From assembly GCA_963778655.1 (NCBI GenBank), contig CAVZVA010000009.1:906235-970234 (forward strand): a stretch of DNA of 64,000 nucleotides, read 5' to 3'. This DNA is from an uncultured delta proteobacterium (GTDB lineage: Bacteria > Myxococcota_A > Polyangia > Polyangiales > JAFGIB01). The notes under the pieces were generated by a model, which worked only from the letters and a program-made list of their open reading frames with translations, had not been told where the DNA came from and ran no database searches. The translations under genes were made by a program, and so were the position numbers. Shown in pieces: positions 1 to 8,299 of this stretch (positions within the stretch are counted from its first letter, which is position 1; every line of letters begins with the position of its first letter).

Positions 1-50
1 CCATCGCCAAGCTCGTGCTCGAGAAGCTCGCCTCCGGGGGCGCGGGGTGA
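1..50 (+). CDS. 3' end of an unidentified CDS (5' part lies outside the window)
   Basis: Frame 3 reads ...IAKLVLEKLASGGAG and ends at TGA 48-50. Every codon ends in G or C, as in the real genes here. The product cannot be identified from 15 residues. Confidence 0.3.
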   Translation, partial: IAKLVLEKLASGGAG

Positions 51-130
51 GCTCGGCGCGCGGGCGTCCGTGGCGGACGCCCGCGACCCCCCTTGATCTA
101 CAGCCGCCCAGCCTGGAACATGAGGGGACC

Positions 131-355
131 ATGGAAGAGACATTGAGAGAGATCGTGTCCAGAATCGGCGAGATCGATCCCGACTTCGGCGCCGACGCGC
201 GCCTGACCGACGATCTCAACATCGATTCGTTTCGCGCGGTGGAGATCGTGTTCGAGATCGAGCGCAGCTTCAGCATCAAGGTACCTGATACCCGCTACAG
301 CGAAGTGCAGACGTTTGCCGACATGGTCAAGCTGATCGGCGAGCTCACGGGATGA
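131..355 (+). CDS. acyl carrier protein (stand-alone ACP)
   Basis: ATG 131 is preceded by GAGGGGA. The 74-aa product has the carrier-protein core LTDDLNIDSFRAVEIVFEIE, with the phosphopantetheinyl Ser in the DS motif. The ORF-track start at 47 only adds an Arg/Pro-rich leader. Confidence 0.85.
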   Translation: MEETLREIVSRIGEIDPDFGADARLTDDLNIDSFRAVEIVFEIERSFSIKVPDTRYSEVQTFADMVKLIGELTG

Positions 356-406
356 GGCGATACGACGTGATGCGATGAACGCTTCAGCTCGACAGGGAGG
401 CCCCGC

Positions 407-1627
407 GTGCCGCGACGGGTGGTGATCACCGGCTGCGGGGTGGTCACCGCTGCCGGAACCGAGCTCGACGCGTTCTGGCAAGGGCTGCTCGACGGAACGT
501 GTCGGATCGGGCCATTGCGCGGATTCTCGGCCCCGGGCATGGAAGGGCTGTACGGCGCGGAGGTCGCGCTGCCGGAGGCCGATCGCCTGCCGCCCAGCGT
601 GGACGAGGACCCCCGGCGTGCGCGCTGCCTGGAGCTTGCTCTGGCCGCAGCGCGTCGCGCGCTGCGCGACGCTGGCGCGATCGACCGGCGCGACCTGTTG
701 ACGCCTGCCGGCATGGTGTTCGGGACGACCCTGGGCGAAGAGCGCCAGATCGGTGACCTGACGGAACGCAAGCTGGCCGCCGGCGGGTCTGTTGCCGACG
801 CCGGCTTCTTCACCCGCAGCAACAACCATCGGCTCGCCGCGCTGATCGCGGCACAGCACGGGCTGAGCGGTCCGGTGTTGCTCGCCGCCACGGCGTGCAG
901 CTCTGGCAACACGGCGCTCGCGCTGGCCTACGACGCGCTTGTCGACGGCGAGGCCGAGCTGATGCTGGCCGGGGGCGCCGACACCTTCACGCGCCTGATC
1001 TACTGCGGGTTTCAGCGCATGGGGGCGCTGTCCAAGGCGATCTGCAAGCCGTTCGACAAGAACCGCGACGGGGTCGCGTTCGGCGAAGGCGCCGGCGCGC
1101 TGGTGCTCGAGGAGCTGGAGCACGCCCGCGGCCGCGGCGCGCAGATCTACGCCGAGCTCGCCGGCTACGCCTTCAGTAACGACGCCCACCACATCACCGC
1201 GCCCGGGCCCGAGGGTGAGGGCTTCGTGCGCGCCATGCGCGACGCGCTCGCTCGCACCGGGACCCGCCCGCAGGACGTGAGCTACGTCAGCGCGCACGGT
1301 ACTGGGACGCCCTACAACGATCGCGGTGAGTGCCAGGCGATGCAGGCGGTCTTCGCAGAGCATGCGCCGCGCGTGCCCATCAGCTCGATCAAGTCGATGA
1401 TCGGCCACACCAACGGAGCGGCGAGCGCGATCGAGACGGTCGCGTGCGCGCTCGCGTTGCGTCATCAGGCGGTGCCGCCGACGGCCAATCTGGTCGAGCC
1501 GGAGCCGGGCTTCGATCTCGATTTCGTGCCGGGCAAGGGGCGTTCGACGCCGGTGCACACGTGCCTGAACCTCGCGGCCGGTTTCGGCGGCGCGAACGTG
1601 TGCCTGGTATTGAAGGAGGCGCCGTGA
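407..1627 (+). CDS. beta-ketoacyl-ACP synthase (FabF / type II KS-alpha-like)
   Basis: GTG 407 lies 6 nt after AGGGAGG. KS catalytic motifs are present: ATACSSGN (Cys), SAHGTGTPYND (His) and GHTNGAAS (His). Confidence 0.9.
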   Translation: MPRRVVITGCGVVTAAGTELDAFWQGLLDGTCRIGPLRGFSAPGMEGLYGAEVALPEADRLPPSVDEDPRRARCLELALAAARRALRDAGAIDRRDLLTPAGMVFGTTLGEERQIGDLTERKLAAGGSVADAGFFTRSNNHRLAALIAAQHGLSGPVLLAATACSSGNTALALAYDALVDGEAELMLAGGADTFTRLIYCGFQRMGALSKAICKPFDKNRDGVAFGEGAGALVLEELEHARGRGAQIYAELAGYAFSNDAHHITAPGPEGEGFVRAMRDALARTGTRPQDVSYVSAHGTGTPYNDRGECQAMQAVFAEHAPRVPISSIKSMIGHTNGAASAIETVACALALRHQAVPPTANLVEPEPGFDLDFVPGKGRSTPVHTCLNLAAGFGGANVCLVLKEAP

Positions 1628-2835
1628 GCTGGCCGCGCCCCGACGACCCGGCCGTGGTGGTCACCGGGGTGTCCGTGTTGACGCCGCTGGGCGACGGGTT
1701 GCAGACGCTGGCCGGGGCGCTCGGCGAAGGGCGCGATGCGATCGCGCCGGCCTCCGATCCTGCCGGCGGGGCCGAGACGAGGATCGCGGGCTTCGAGGCC
1801 GCCCGCTATGCCAACGTGCGCGGCATGCGGGTCTATCACCGCACCACGCAGCTCGGGATCTGCGCGACCAAGCTTTCGCTCGATGACGCCGGCCTGAAGC
1901 CCGAACAGCTCGAGCCGGCGCGGTTTGGCGTGATCAATGCTTCGACCTACGCGCACCTGGACACGCTGCTGGCCTACGACGAGGGTCTGGTCACGCTCGG
2001 CATCCAGCGCACCAACCCGACGCTCATGCCGCTGGGCTTGCACAGCGCGCCGGGCGCAGCCGTCGCGCTCGCCTTCGGCGCCAAGGCCTTCTCGGTCACG
2101 CTCAGCGACGGTGGCGCGGCCGGTCTCGCAGCCCTCGGCCTGGGCGCGCGCATGCTGGCGGACCGGCGCGCCGATGTCTGCGTCGTGGTCGGGGCGATGG
2201 GGCCGTGCCGCGAGCTGGCGGCCTCCGCGACGGAGGCGTCTTTCGCGGCGAGCGCGGAGGAGTTCGCGGTGCTCGACGAGCGCGCGTGCGGGCTGGCCTT
2301 CGGCGAGGCCTCGGCCGCGCTGGTGCTGGAGCGGGCCGACAGCGCGCACGCACGCGGCGCGCAGCCGAAGCTCGCAATCGCTGGGCTGGCGAGCGCGTTC
2401 GCGCCCGAGCCTGCGGGGCTGGATCACGCGCTCGGACGAGCCTGTGCGGGCTCCCTGCGCCTGGCGGGAATCGAGCCGGGCCAGCTCGCGCTGGTGAGCA
2501 CGGGCGCCAACGGCCTCCGCGCACACGACGATGCGCACGCTCGCGCGTTGCTCGCGCTGCTGGGACCGGCCGCCGGCTGCACGCCACTGTTGGCTACCAA
2601 GGCCAATCTTGGCGAGACCTTCGACGTCTCGGGGCTGCTGCAGAGCGTCGCGGCCCTGGCCGCGCTGCGCTTGGGCGTTGCGCCCCCGATCGCGCGCCTG
2701 CGCCGCCCGCGCGCGCCGGGCCTGTGCTGCCCGCGCGAGCCCACCGCGCTGGCTCCGGGCCGCGCGCTGGTCACCGCTACCTCGTTCACGGGCGCCTGCT
2801 CCGCGCTGGTGCTAGAGCAGCCCGATGAGCGCTGA
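1624..2835 (+). CDS. non-catalytic KS paralogue (KS-beta / chain-length-factor-like partner)
   Basis: GTG 1624 overlaps the KS stop (GTGA at 1624-1627). The protein is a thiolase-fold paralogue. The Cys position reads SDGGAAG, the HGTGT position reads GANGL, and the GHxxGA position reads NLGETF. The ORF-track start at 1330 lies inside the KS gene. Confidence 0.75.
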   Translation: MSWPRPDDPAVVVTGVSVLTPLGDGLQTLAGALGEGRDAIAPASDPAGGAETRIAGFEAARYANVRGMRVYHRTTQLGICATKLSLDDAGLKPEQLEPARFGVINASTYAHLDTLLAYDEGLVTLGIQRTNPTLMPLGLHSAPGAAVALAFGAKAFSVTLSDGGAAGLAALGLGARMLADRRADVCVVVGAMGPCRELAASATEASFAASAEEFAVLDERACGLAFGEASAALVLERADSAHARGAQPKLAIAGLASAFAPEPAGLDHALGRACAGSLRLAGIEPGQLALVSTGANGLRAHDDAHARALLALLGPAAGCTPLLATKANLGETFDVSGLLQSVAALAALRLGVAPPIARLRRPRAPGLCCPREPTALAPGRALVTATSFTGACSALVLEQPDER

Positions 2836-3583
2836 AGCAACCCCGAGCCAGGATCGCGTCGCGATCGTCACCGGAGGGTCGCGCGGCATCGGCAAGGCGG
2901 TGGTCGAGCGGCTGTGCCGTGCGGGCGTGGAGGTCTGCTTCACCTTCCTCAGCAACGAACAGGCGGCCGACGCGGTCGTGCAGGCGCTGCGCGGCGAAGG
3001 CCACAGGCTGCGCGCCGTGCGCGCGGACTCGCGCGACAAGGCCGCGCTCGCGGCGCTCGTGGAGGGCGTGCTGGCGGAGCGCGGCAAGCTCGACGTCCTG
3101 ATCAACAACGCAGGCGTCACCGCCGATCGACTTCTGCCCATGATGAGCGACGACGAGTGGTCGAACGTGCTCGACACCAGTCTCAATGGGCTGTTCGGCG
3201 CCACGCGGCCGGCAGCGCGCCAGATGATGCGCCAGCGCGCCGGCCGCATCGTCAACCTGACCTCGGTCTCGGGGGTGATCGGCATCGCGGGGCAGACCAA
3301 CTACTGCGCGGCCAAGTCGGCGATCATCGGCTTCACCCGCGCGCTGGCCAAGGAGCTCGCCCCGTGGGGCGTGTGTGCGAACGCCGTCGCGCCGGGCTAC
3401 GTCGACACCGATATGCTGGGCTCGTTCACGCCCGCGCAGCGCAAGGCGGCGCTCGAGCGCGTGCCCATGCGCCGCTTCGCCAGCGCCGACGAGATCGCTG
3501 CGCTGGTCGCCTACGTGGCGTTGGAAGCGCCGTCATTCCTCACCGGACAGACGCTGGTGATCGACGGCGGCATGAGCACGTAG
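2825..3583 (+). CDS. 3-oxoacyl-ACP reductase (FabG-like SDR)
   Basis: ATG 2825 overlaps the upstream stop (2833-2835). Motifs: TGGSRGIGKA (NADP-binding), NNAG, and the S...YCAAKSA catalytic YxxxK. Confidence 0.9.
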   Translation: MSAEATPSQDRVAIVTGGSRGIGKAVVERLCRAGVEVCFTFLSNEQAADAVVQALRGEGHRLRAVRADSRDKAALAALVEGVLAERGKLDVLINNAGVTADRLLPMMSDDEWSNVLDTSLNGLFGATRPAARQMMRQRAGRIVNLTSVSGVIGIAGQTNYCAAKSAIIGFTRALAKELAPWGVCANAVAPGYVDTDMLGSFTPAQRKAALERVPMRRFASADEIAALVAYVALEAPSFLTGQTLVIDGGMST

Positions 3584-3747
3584 ATGTGGTCGCAAGCGAC
3601 CGCTAGCCTGCGCCGCGCCCCGCCTTGTGCGCGACTCGAGGACGCCATACGATCCTGCATCCATGAGTTGGGTCCCCATCGTCGCCAGCACCGATCGCGC
3701 TCGCCCGCCTCGATGCGCGGCGACGGGCGGCAAGCAGAAACGCATCC

Positions 3748-4353
3748 GTGCGGCTCGAAGCTGCTGCCGTTGCACCGGGGGTTGACGCTGTGCGTTTGAT
3801 TTCCACGGCGCTTGAAGGCGTGGTCGTGATCGAGCCGGACGTGTTCGAGGACCCGCGCGGATACTTCTTCGAAAGCTATTCGGCGCGACGCTTTGCGGAG
3901 CGGGGTCTGCCCGCTAGCTTCGTTCAAGACAACGTCTCGCGTTCGTGCCGGCACACGCTGCGCGGTCTTCACCTGCAGTCTCCGCCATTCGCGCAGGGCA
4001 AGCTCGTATACGCGCTCGAGGGCGAGGTGCTCGACGTCGCAGTCGACGTGCGCCCTGGCTCCCCGACCTTCGGCAGCGCCGTGGCCCAAGTGCTTTCAGA
4101 GAAGAATCGCCGGCAGTTCTACGTGCCGCCAGGTCTCGCGCACGGCTTCTGCGTCATCAGTGAGCACGCCGTCGTGGCGTACAAGTGCACCCAGTACTAC
4201 ACGCCGCAAGCCGAGCTATCGGTGTTGTGGAGTGACCCCGACCTCGGCATTGAATGGCCGACGTCGACCCCGCTGCTGTCAGCGAAGGACGCGGCGGCTC
4301 CTCGGCTGCGCGATATTGCCCTAGAGCGCCTGGCGCCAGGGGAGCGGGAGTAG
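3748..4353 (+). CDS. rmlC: dTDP-4-dehydrorhamnose 3,5-epimerase
   Basis: RmlC cupin motifs are present: VVVIEPDVFEDPRGYFFESY, RGLHLQ, QGKLVYALEGEVLDVAVDVR and FYVPPGLAHGF. The true start may be the in-frame GTG at 3790. Confidence 0.9.
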   Translation: MRLEAAAVAPGVDAVRLISTALEGVVVIEPDVFEDPRGYFFESYSARRFAERGLPASFVQDNVSRSCRHTLRGLHLQSPPFAQGKLVYALEGEVLDVAVDVRPGSPTFGSAVAQVLSEKNRRQFYVPPGLAHGFCVISEHAVVAYKCTQYYTPQAELSVLWSDPDLGIEWPTSTPLLSAKDAAAPRLRDIALERLAPGERE

Positions 4354-4355
4354 GC

Positions 4356-5210
4356 GTGCAGAGCACCGAGCTGTCGCCGTTGCTCCTGGTCGGCGCCACG
4401 GGCATGCTGGGTCGCGCGTTCGCCGCGCTGCTCACGCGCGAGAACCTCGCCTTCAAAGTGATGGATCTGCCGGAAATCGATCTCGCTGTTCCGGAGAGCA
4501 TTTGCGCAGCGGTGCAGCTCGGCGTGCGCACCGTGATCAATTGCGCGGCCTTTACCAACGTGGACGCCGCCGAGAGCGACGAGGCCACCGCAACCGCCAT
4601 CAATGGCGAGAGCGTCGGCGTTCTGGCGCGGCGCTGTGCGGAGCTCGGCGCAACGCTGGTGCACTTCAGCACGGACTATGTGTTCGATGGTTACGCAGAT
4701 CGACCCTATCCCGTGGATCACCAGCGTGCGCCGATCAACGCGTACGGTCGCAGCAAGGCACTCGGTGAGCGCTTGCTAGAGCAGAGCACGGCCCGCCACC
4801 TGCTCGTCCGGACCAGCTGGCTGTATGCCCCGTGGGGCAAGAACTTCGTGCTGACAATGCGCGAGCTGATGCGAACACGCGCATCGGTCAAGGTGGTCGG
4901 CGACCAGGTCGGGCGTCCCACCAGCGCCGAGTATCTGGCGGAGCGGTCGTTTGCGTTGCTGCGGCGCGGCTGCACCGGGAGCTTTCACGTGACCGATGGG
5001 GGCCAGTGCTCCTGGTACGGGTTTGCCGCTCGGATCGCGGCCTCCGAGGGGTCGAGCTGCCAGATCGTCCCCTGCACGACCGAGGAGTTTCCACGACCCG
5101 CTTCCAGGCCGCGCTACAGTGTGCTCGATCTGAGCCTCACCGAGGCGGAGATCGGACCGTCGCGCCCGTGGGAGGAGAGCTTGGAGCGCGTCCTGTCGGC
5201 GCTTTCGTGA
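4356..5210 (+). CDS. rmlD: dTDP-4-dehydrorhamnose reductase
   Basis: GTG 4356 lies 2 nt after the rmlC stop. Motifs: LLLVGATGMLGRAF Rossmann start, YGRSKALGE (YxxxK), and a C-terminal RPxYSVLD-type motif (RPRYSVLDL). The ORF-track start at 4254 overlaps rmlC. Confidence 0.9.
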   Translation: MQSTELSPLLLVGATGMLGRAFAALLTRENLAFKVMDLPEIDLAVPESICAAVQLGVRTVINCAAFTNVDAAESDEATATAINGESVGVLARRCAELGATLVHFSTDYVFDGYADRPYPVDHQRAPINAYGRSKALGERLLEQSTARHLLVRTSWLYAPWGKNFVLTMRELMRTRASVKVVGDQVGRPTSAEYLAERSFALLRRGCTGSFHVTDGGQCSWYGFAARIAASEGSSCQIVPCTTEEFPRPASRPRYSVLDLSLTEAEIGPSRPWEESLERVLSALS

Positions 5211-5278
5211 TCGTGGCGGCTGCGATTTGACTTGTCGAGGCTTCAGGGTCACAGCAGACGCGACCGCCATACTCGGGT

Positions 5279-5854
5279 ATGGGCTTCTTCCTCACGCAGA
5301 CTCCGGAAGGCGATTGGGCTCCCGGCATCGGCGACCCTACGCCACTCGGATGGTTCACGGTGTTCGCCTATCTGGTGGCGGCCGTCCTGTGCTTCCGAGC
5401 TTGGCAGAGAGCTCGCCGCGGGGCAACGGCCGAGCCGCGTCTGGCCTTTGCCTGGGGCTGCTTTGCCGTATTGATGTTGGCGTTGGGCATCAACAAGCAG
5501 CTCGATCTGCAGACCTTGCTGACCGTAGTCGGCAGGCGCGTGGCCCAGCGCGACGGCTGGTACGAGCGCCGCCAAGTCGTTCAGCGACTGTTCATCCACG
5601 GGCTCTTGGGGCTGGCTTCTGCGTCCCTCTTGGCTGGCTTCTGGTTCATGCGCAAGCACCTGCGAGAGCTATGGCTTGCGGGCTTCGGGGCGATCTTCAT
5701 CGCCACCTTCGTGTTGATCCGCGCCGCGTCGTTCCACCACGTGGACATCCTGCTCGATCGCACCTACCTAGGGGCTCGCGTCAACTGGATACTCGAGCTC
5801 GGTGGCATTGCCTGCGTAGCAGCGGGCGCGCGCCTGCAGGGGCGCCGCCAGTGA
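5279..5854 (+). CDS. hypothetical integral membrane protein (about 5 predicted TM segments)
   Basis: The 191-aa ORF has several hydrophobic helices (FTVFAYLVAAVLCF, FAWGCFAVLMLALGI, LLGLASASLLAGFWF, AGFGAIFIATFVLI). Third-position GC bias is good. I recognise no family. Confidence 0.55.
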   Translation: MGFFLTQTPEGDWAPGIGDPTPLGWFTVFAYLVAAVLCFRAWQRARRGATAEPRLAFAWGCFAVLMLALGINKQLDLQTLLTVVGRRVAQRDGWYERRQVVQRLFIHGLLGLASASLLAGFWFMRKHLRELWLAGFGAIFIATFVLIRAASFHHVDILLDRTYLGARVNWILELGGIACVAAGARLQGRRQ

Positions 5855-5901
5855 CTTCGCCGCCCCATTGCCGTCGAGCCGCGAGCGGGCGGCCGCGCGC
5901 G

Positions 5902-7545
5902 TCAGGCCCACCAGCGCAAGTGCCCGAATAGCAGGGCATCGGCCGCAAGCAGCAGGTTGGTGACCGCGTGCGCCGCGATCGCGTCGGTCACGCGCCCGCG
6001 CCGCTGTTGCGCCAGGGCGTAAGCCAGACCTGCGCAGGTGCCGGCGAGCCAGTCTGCATGCAGGATGCCGAATCCGAGCGACGATACGACCCATGCTACC
6101 CAGGCGATCCGTCGCGGGTCCGCCTCGGTGAAATCCGCGCGCATGAGCCGTCGCAGCAGGTAGCCCCGAAACGCAAGCTCTTCGGCGATCGGCACCACCA
6201 CGCACGCTCCCAGCGCGCGTCCCGCGAGCCATACGCCAGCACGCACTGGCCCCAACATGCGCAGTCCCTGGCGCAAGTCCCGCACCGCTGCTTCGTCGCC
6301 GCCCGCGGCTAGCAGATACCAGAGCCCGAACACCGCCACGCCGATCCCAACGCTCTGCCAGTGCAACCCCAGCGGCAACTCGCGATAGCGTGAGCGTAGC
6401 GCGAACAGCACCGCGAGCACACATGCCGCGCGCACCGGATAGAGCCAGTCGAACCCGATGTTGAGCAAGCCTGTGGCCAATCCGGTCGCGAGCAGCGTCA
6501 GCAGCGGCAGCAGATAGGCGGTCGCCGAGTTTGTATGCCCCTGGTTCGCGGTGTCGCCTTCGCTGGCAAAATAGCGTGCATTGCGCGCTATCGCGACGAA
6601 GCCCAGCGCAACGGCCGAAAAGAGGAGCCAGCCGGCCTTGGAGTGGAATCCACCGATCGCGAGTTGCGGCGATAGGTAGGTTCCGACGAGGATCAGCGCG
6701 GCGATGCGGACGATGTTCGCCATCCACACAGTGATCACGGCGATTGGAAGCAGCGCCAACGTGCGGGGGAACCGCAAGTGTCGACGTTCGATGAGCATGT
6801 ACCCAGACAGCAAGACCACGATCAGGCCGATGCCCTCGAATCCAGAGCAAATGGGTGCGACCTGCACGGCGAAGTGCGCGGTGCCAATTGTCAACGCGGC
6901 CGGTCGGACGAGGACGTCGTCCACGATCGGTCGCAGCACCGCTGCAACCGCGGAGAGCGTGATCGACGCCATCTTGTGCCAGCCTACCGAGGACAGCTCG
7001 CCGCCAACCCAGGCGGCCATGCCCGCAGCCACCCCTACACCGAGCGCGGCGGCGAACACGCGCCGCAGCTGTGAGAACGCACGCCAGGGCAGCGCGAGCG
7101 GTAGCCACGTGCCGAACACCACCAGGCCCGATAACAGCCAGCCGATTCCCCAACCGAGGCCCGGTCGAACCCCCGGATCGCCAGCGAAGACGTGGCGCGT
7201 GACGAGCAAGAACAGGGAGTAGGCGGCTGCATGCACGGCCGCGAGCGGCCATGGGTTACCCTCGGATCCGGATCTCGGCGAAAGCCCGGACAGCGCGCGC
7301 CGCAGCGTGGGCCCCATCAGCGCGAGGGCCGCCGCGGTCGCGACCAGCGCAATTGAGCCGAGGTCGCCGACGTAGTGCAGGCCCGACAGCAGGTCGCCGT
7401 TTGCTTGCAGCGACTGGGCGTCGAACAGGAAGCTGATCAGCAGGTACTCGCCGAGCAGCAGTGCCCCCGCCGCAAGCAGGCGCCTGACCAGAGGCCTGCC
7501 TTGCGCCGGCGACACTTTGAGGTCTTCGGGCGAAGGAAGGGCCAC
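5902..7545 (-). CDS. exosortase fused to a CPBP (CAAX-type) intramembrane protease domain; matches the 'exosortase E/protease, VPEID-CTERM system' architecture
   Basis: The N-terminal polytopic part carries the exosortase Cys/Arg/His signature: APICSGFEG (Cys codon 6847-6849), ANIVRIAALILVG and GFHSKAGWLLF. The C-terminal part carries CPBP motifs: EELAFRGYLLRRL, FGILHADW and HAVTNLL. The gene starts 21 bp downstream of the substrate gene. Confidence 0.8.
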   Translation of the reverse strand: MALPSPEDLKVSPAQGRPLVRRLLAAGALLLGEYLLISFLFDAQSLQANGDLLSGLHYVGDLGSIALVATAAALALMGPTLRRALSGLSPRSGSEGNPWPLAAVHAAAYSLFLLVTRHVFAGDPGVRPGLGWGIGWLLSGLVVFGTWLPLALPWRAFSQLRRVFAAALGVGVAAGMAAWVGGELSSVGWHKMASITLSAVAAVLRPIVDDVLVRPAALTIGTAHFAVQVAPICSGFEGIGLIVVLLSGYMLIERRHLRFPRTLALLPIAVITVWMANIVRIAALILVGTYLSPQLAIGGFHSKAGWLLFSAVALGFVAIARNARYFASEGDTANQGHTNSATAYLLPLLTLLATGLATGLLNIGFDWLYPVRAACVLAVLFALRSRYRELPLGLHWQSVGIGVAVFGLWYLLAAGGDEAAVRDLRQGLRMLGPVRAGVWLAGRALGACVVVPIAEELAFRGYLLRRLMRADFTEADPRRIAWVAWVVSSLGFGILHADWLAGTCAGLAYALAQQRRGRVTDAIAAHAVTNLLLAADALLFGHLRWWA

Positions 7546-7566
7546 CCGCGCTGCCTCGTTCTCGAG

Positions 7567-7824
7567 CTAGGGCGCGACTCGCCGTCGCCGAGAACGGTCC
7601 ACTGCCAGCGCGATACCCCCGAGGAGCAAGGCCAAAGCCTCTCCCCCCTGGGTGGGGTTGAGCTCCGGTACCGAGGGCACCTGCTCGCCGCGCTGCAAAC
7701 TCCAGCGCCGCCATGTGTGGTGAGCGCGGAGGCTGTGTTGCGGCGGTTCGGCCAGACCGCTAGCTGGCAGCACCATTGAACCCAGGGTCCAGAGAACGAG
7801 TCCTGTGCCGATATACTTTTTCAT
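7567..7824 (-). CDS. small secreted protein with a VPEID-CTERM/PEP-CTERM-type C-terminal sorting signal (putative exosortase substrate)
   Basis: ATG 7824 is preceded by GAGGGGA. The signal peptide is MKKYIGTGLVLWTLGSMVLPASG. The C-terminus reads VPSVPELNPTQGGEALALLLGGIALAVDRSRRRRVAP, that is, a VPE motif, a TM helix and an Arg cluster. The ORF-track start at 7926 adds a non-hydrophobic leader. Confidence 0.75.
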   Translation of the reverse strand: MKKYIGTGLVLWTLGSMVLPASGLAEPPQHSLRAHHTWRRWSLQRGEQVPSVPELNPTQGGEALALLLGGIALAVDRSRRRRVAP

Positions 7825-7880
7825 GATGTGTCCCCTCATTCTAGGAGGTCCGTAGGACTCATGGTCCTCAAAGGGAGATT

Positions 7881-7899
7881 CTTGCACGCTTCGTGCCAA
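7881..7899 (-). promoter_or_regulatory. candidate sigma-54 (-24/-12) promoter for the substrate/exosortase operon
   Basis: The minus strand reads TTGGCACGAAGCGTGCAAG. This is TGGCACG-N4-GTGCA against the consensus TGGCACG-N4-TTGCW, with exact GG-N10-GC spacing. The GC lies 60 nt upstream of ATG 7824. Confidence 0.5.
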
Positions 7900-8146
7900 G
7901 TCGTTCACTGCGCGATCATGCGCCACTCCAAGATACGATCACGCAAGCAAGGGCGACGAATCGCCTCTAGGATCCAGGAGCGACGGTATCACTCTCAACA
8001 CAGGCTCGCAAATCGTTCGCCCAGCTGACGCAGAGCCTGCACAACCCTGTTGAAGTACTGGCCCTTGTGTTTCCGTGCGGAAACCGGCGCTCAGAATCGC
8101 GGCTTGCCTGCCGTCCGACAGGAGATCGAGCCGACCACACATTGGC

Positions 8147-8227
8147 CTGCGCAGTTGGGGGAGCAATCGTCGTGATCAGGCTGCGCCGCTTCTGCGCGGC
8201 TGGCTGCACAGTCTGCGCAGCTGCGCA
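8147..8227. promoter_or_regulatory. cluster of CTGCGC repeats including a perfect 14-bp palindrome (candidate enhancer/UAS)
   Basis: CTGCGC starts at 8147, 8181, 8192, 8213 and 8221. CTGCGCAG (itself palindromic) is at 8147-8154 and 8213-8220. TGCGCAGCTGCGCA at 8214-8227 is a perfect palindrome about 55 bp upstream of the plus-strand -24 element. Confidence 0.35.
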
Positions 8228-8282
8228 CCGACCCGTGGCGAAGGCCAGCATTCAAGCCCCAGCAAAGCCCCTGTGATTTGGG

Positions 8283-8299
8283 TGGCACGGTCCATGCTT
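8283..8299 (+). promoter_or_regulatory. candidate sigma-54 (-24/-12) promoter for the glycosylphosphotransferase/export operon
   Basis: TGGCACGGTCCATGCTT is TGGCACG-N4-ATGCT, with exact GG-N10-GC spacing. The GC lies 55 nt upstream of ATG 8352. Confidence 0.5.

Noticed and set aside
98-1558. Long antisense/off-frame ORFs throughout the track (for example 98-1558 -, 1465-2538 -, 5768-7252 -, 8322-9938 -, 13172-14293 +, 25170-26948 +, 26958-28574 +, 33084-34433 -, 35298-36938 -, 45075-48947 -, 52539-53753 -, 60115-61401 -)
   Set aside because: Their translations are Arg/Ala/Pro/Gly-rich with no recognisable motifs, which is the typical shadow of real genes in ~70% GC DNA. Each is fully overlapped by an ORF with clear family motifs and proper GC3 bias.
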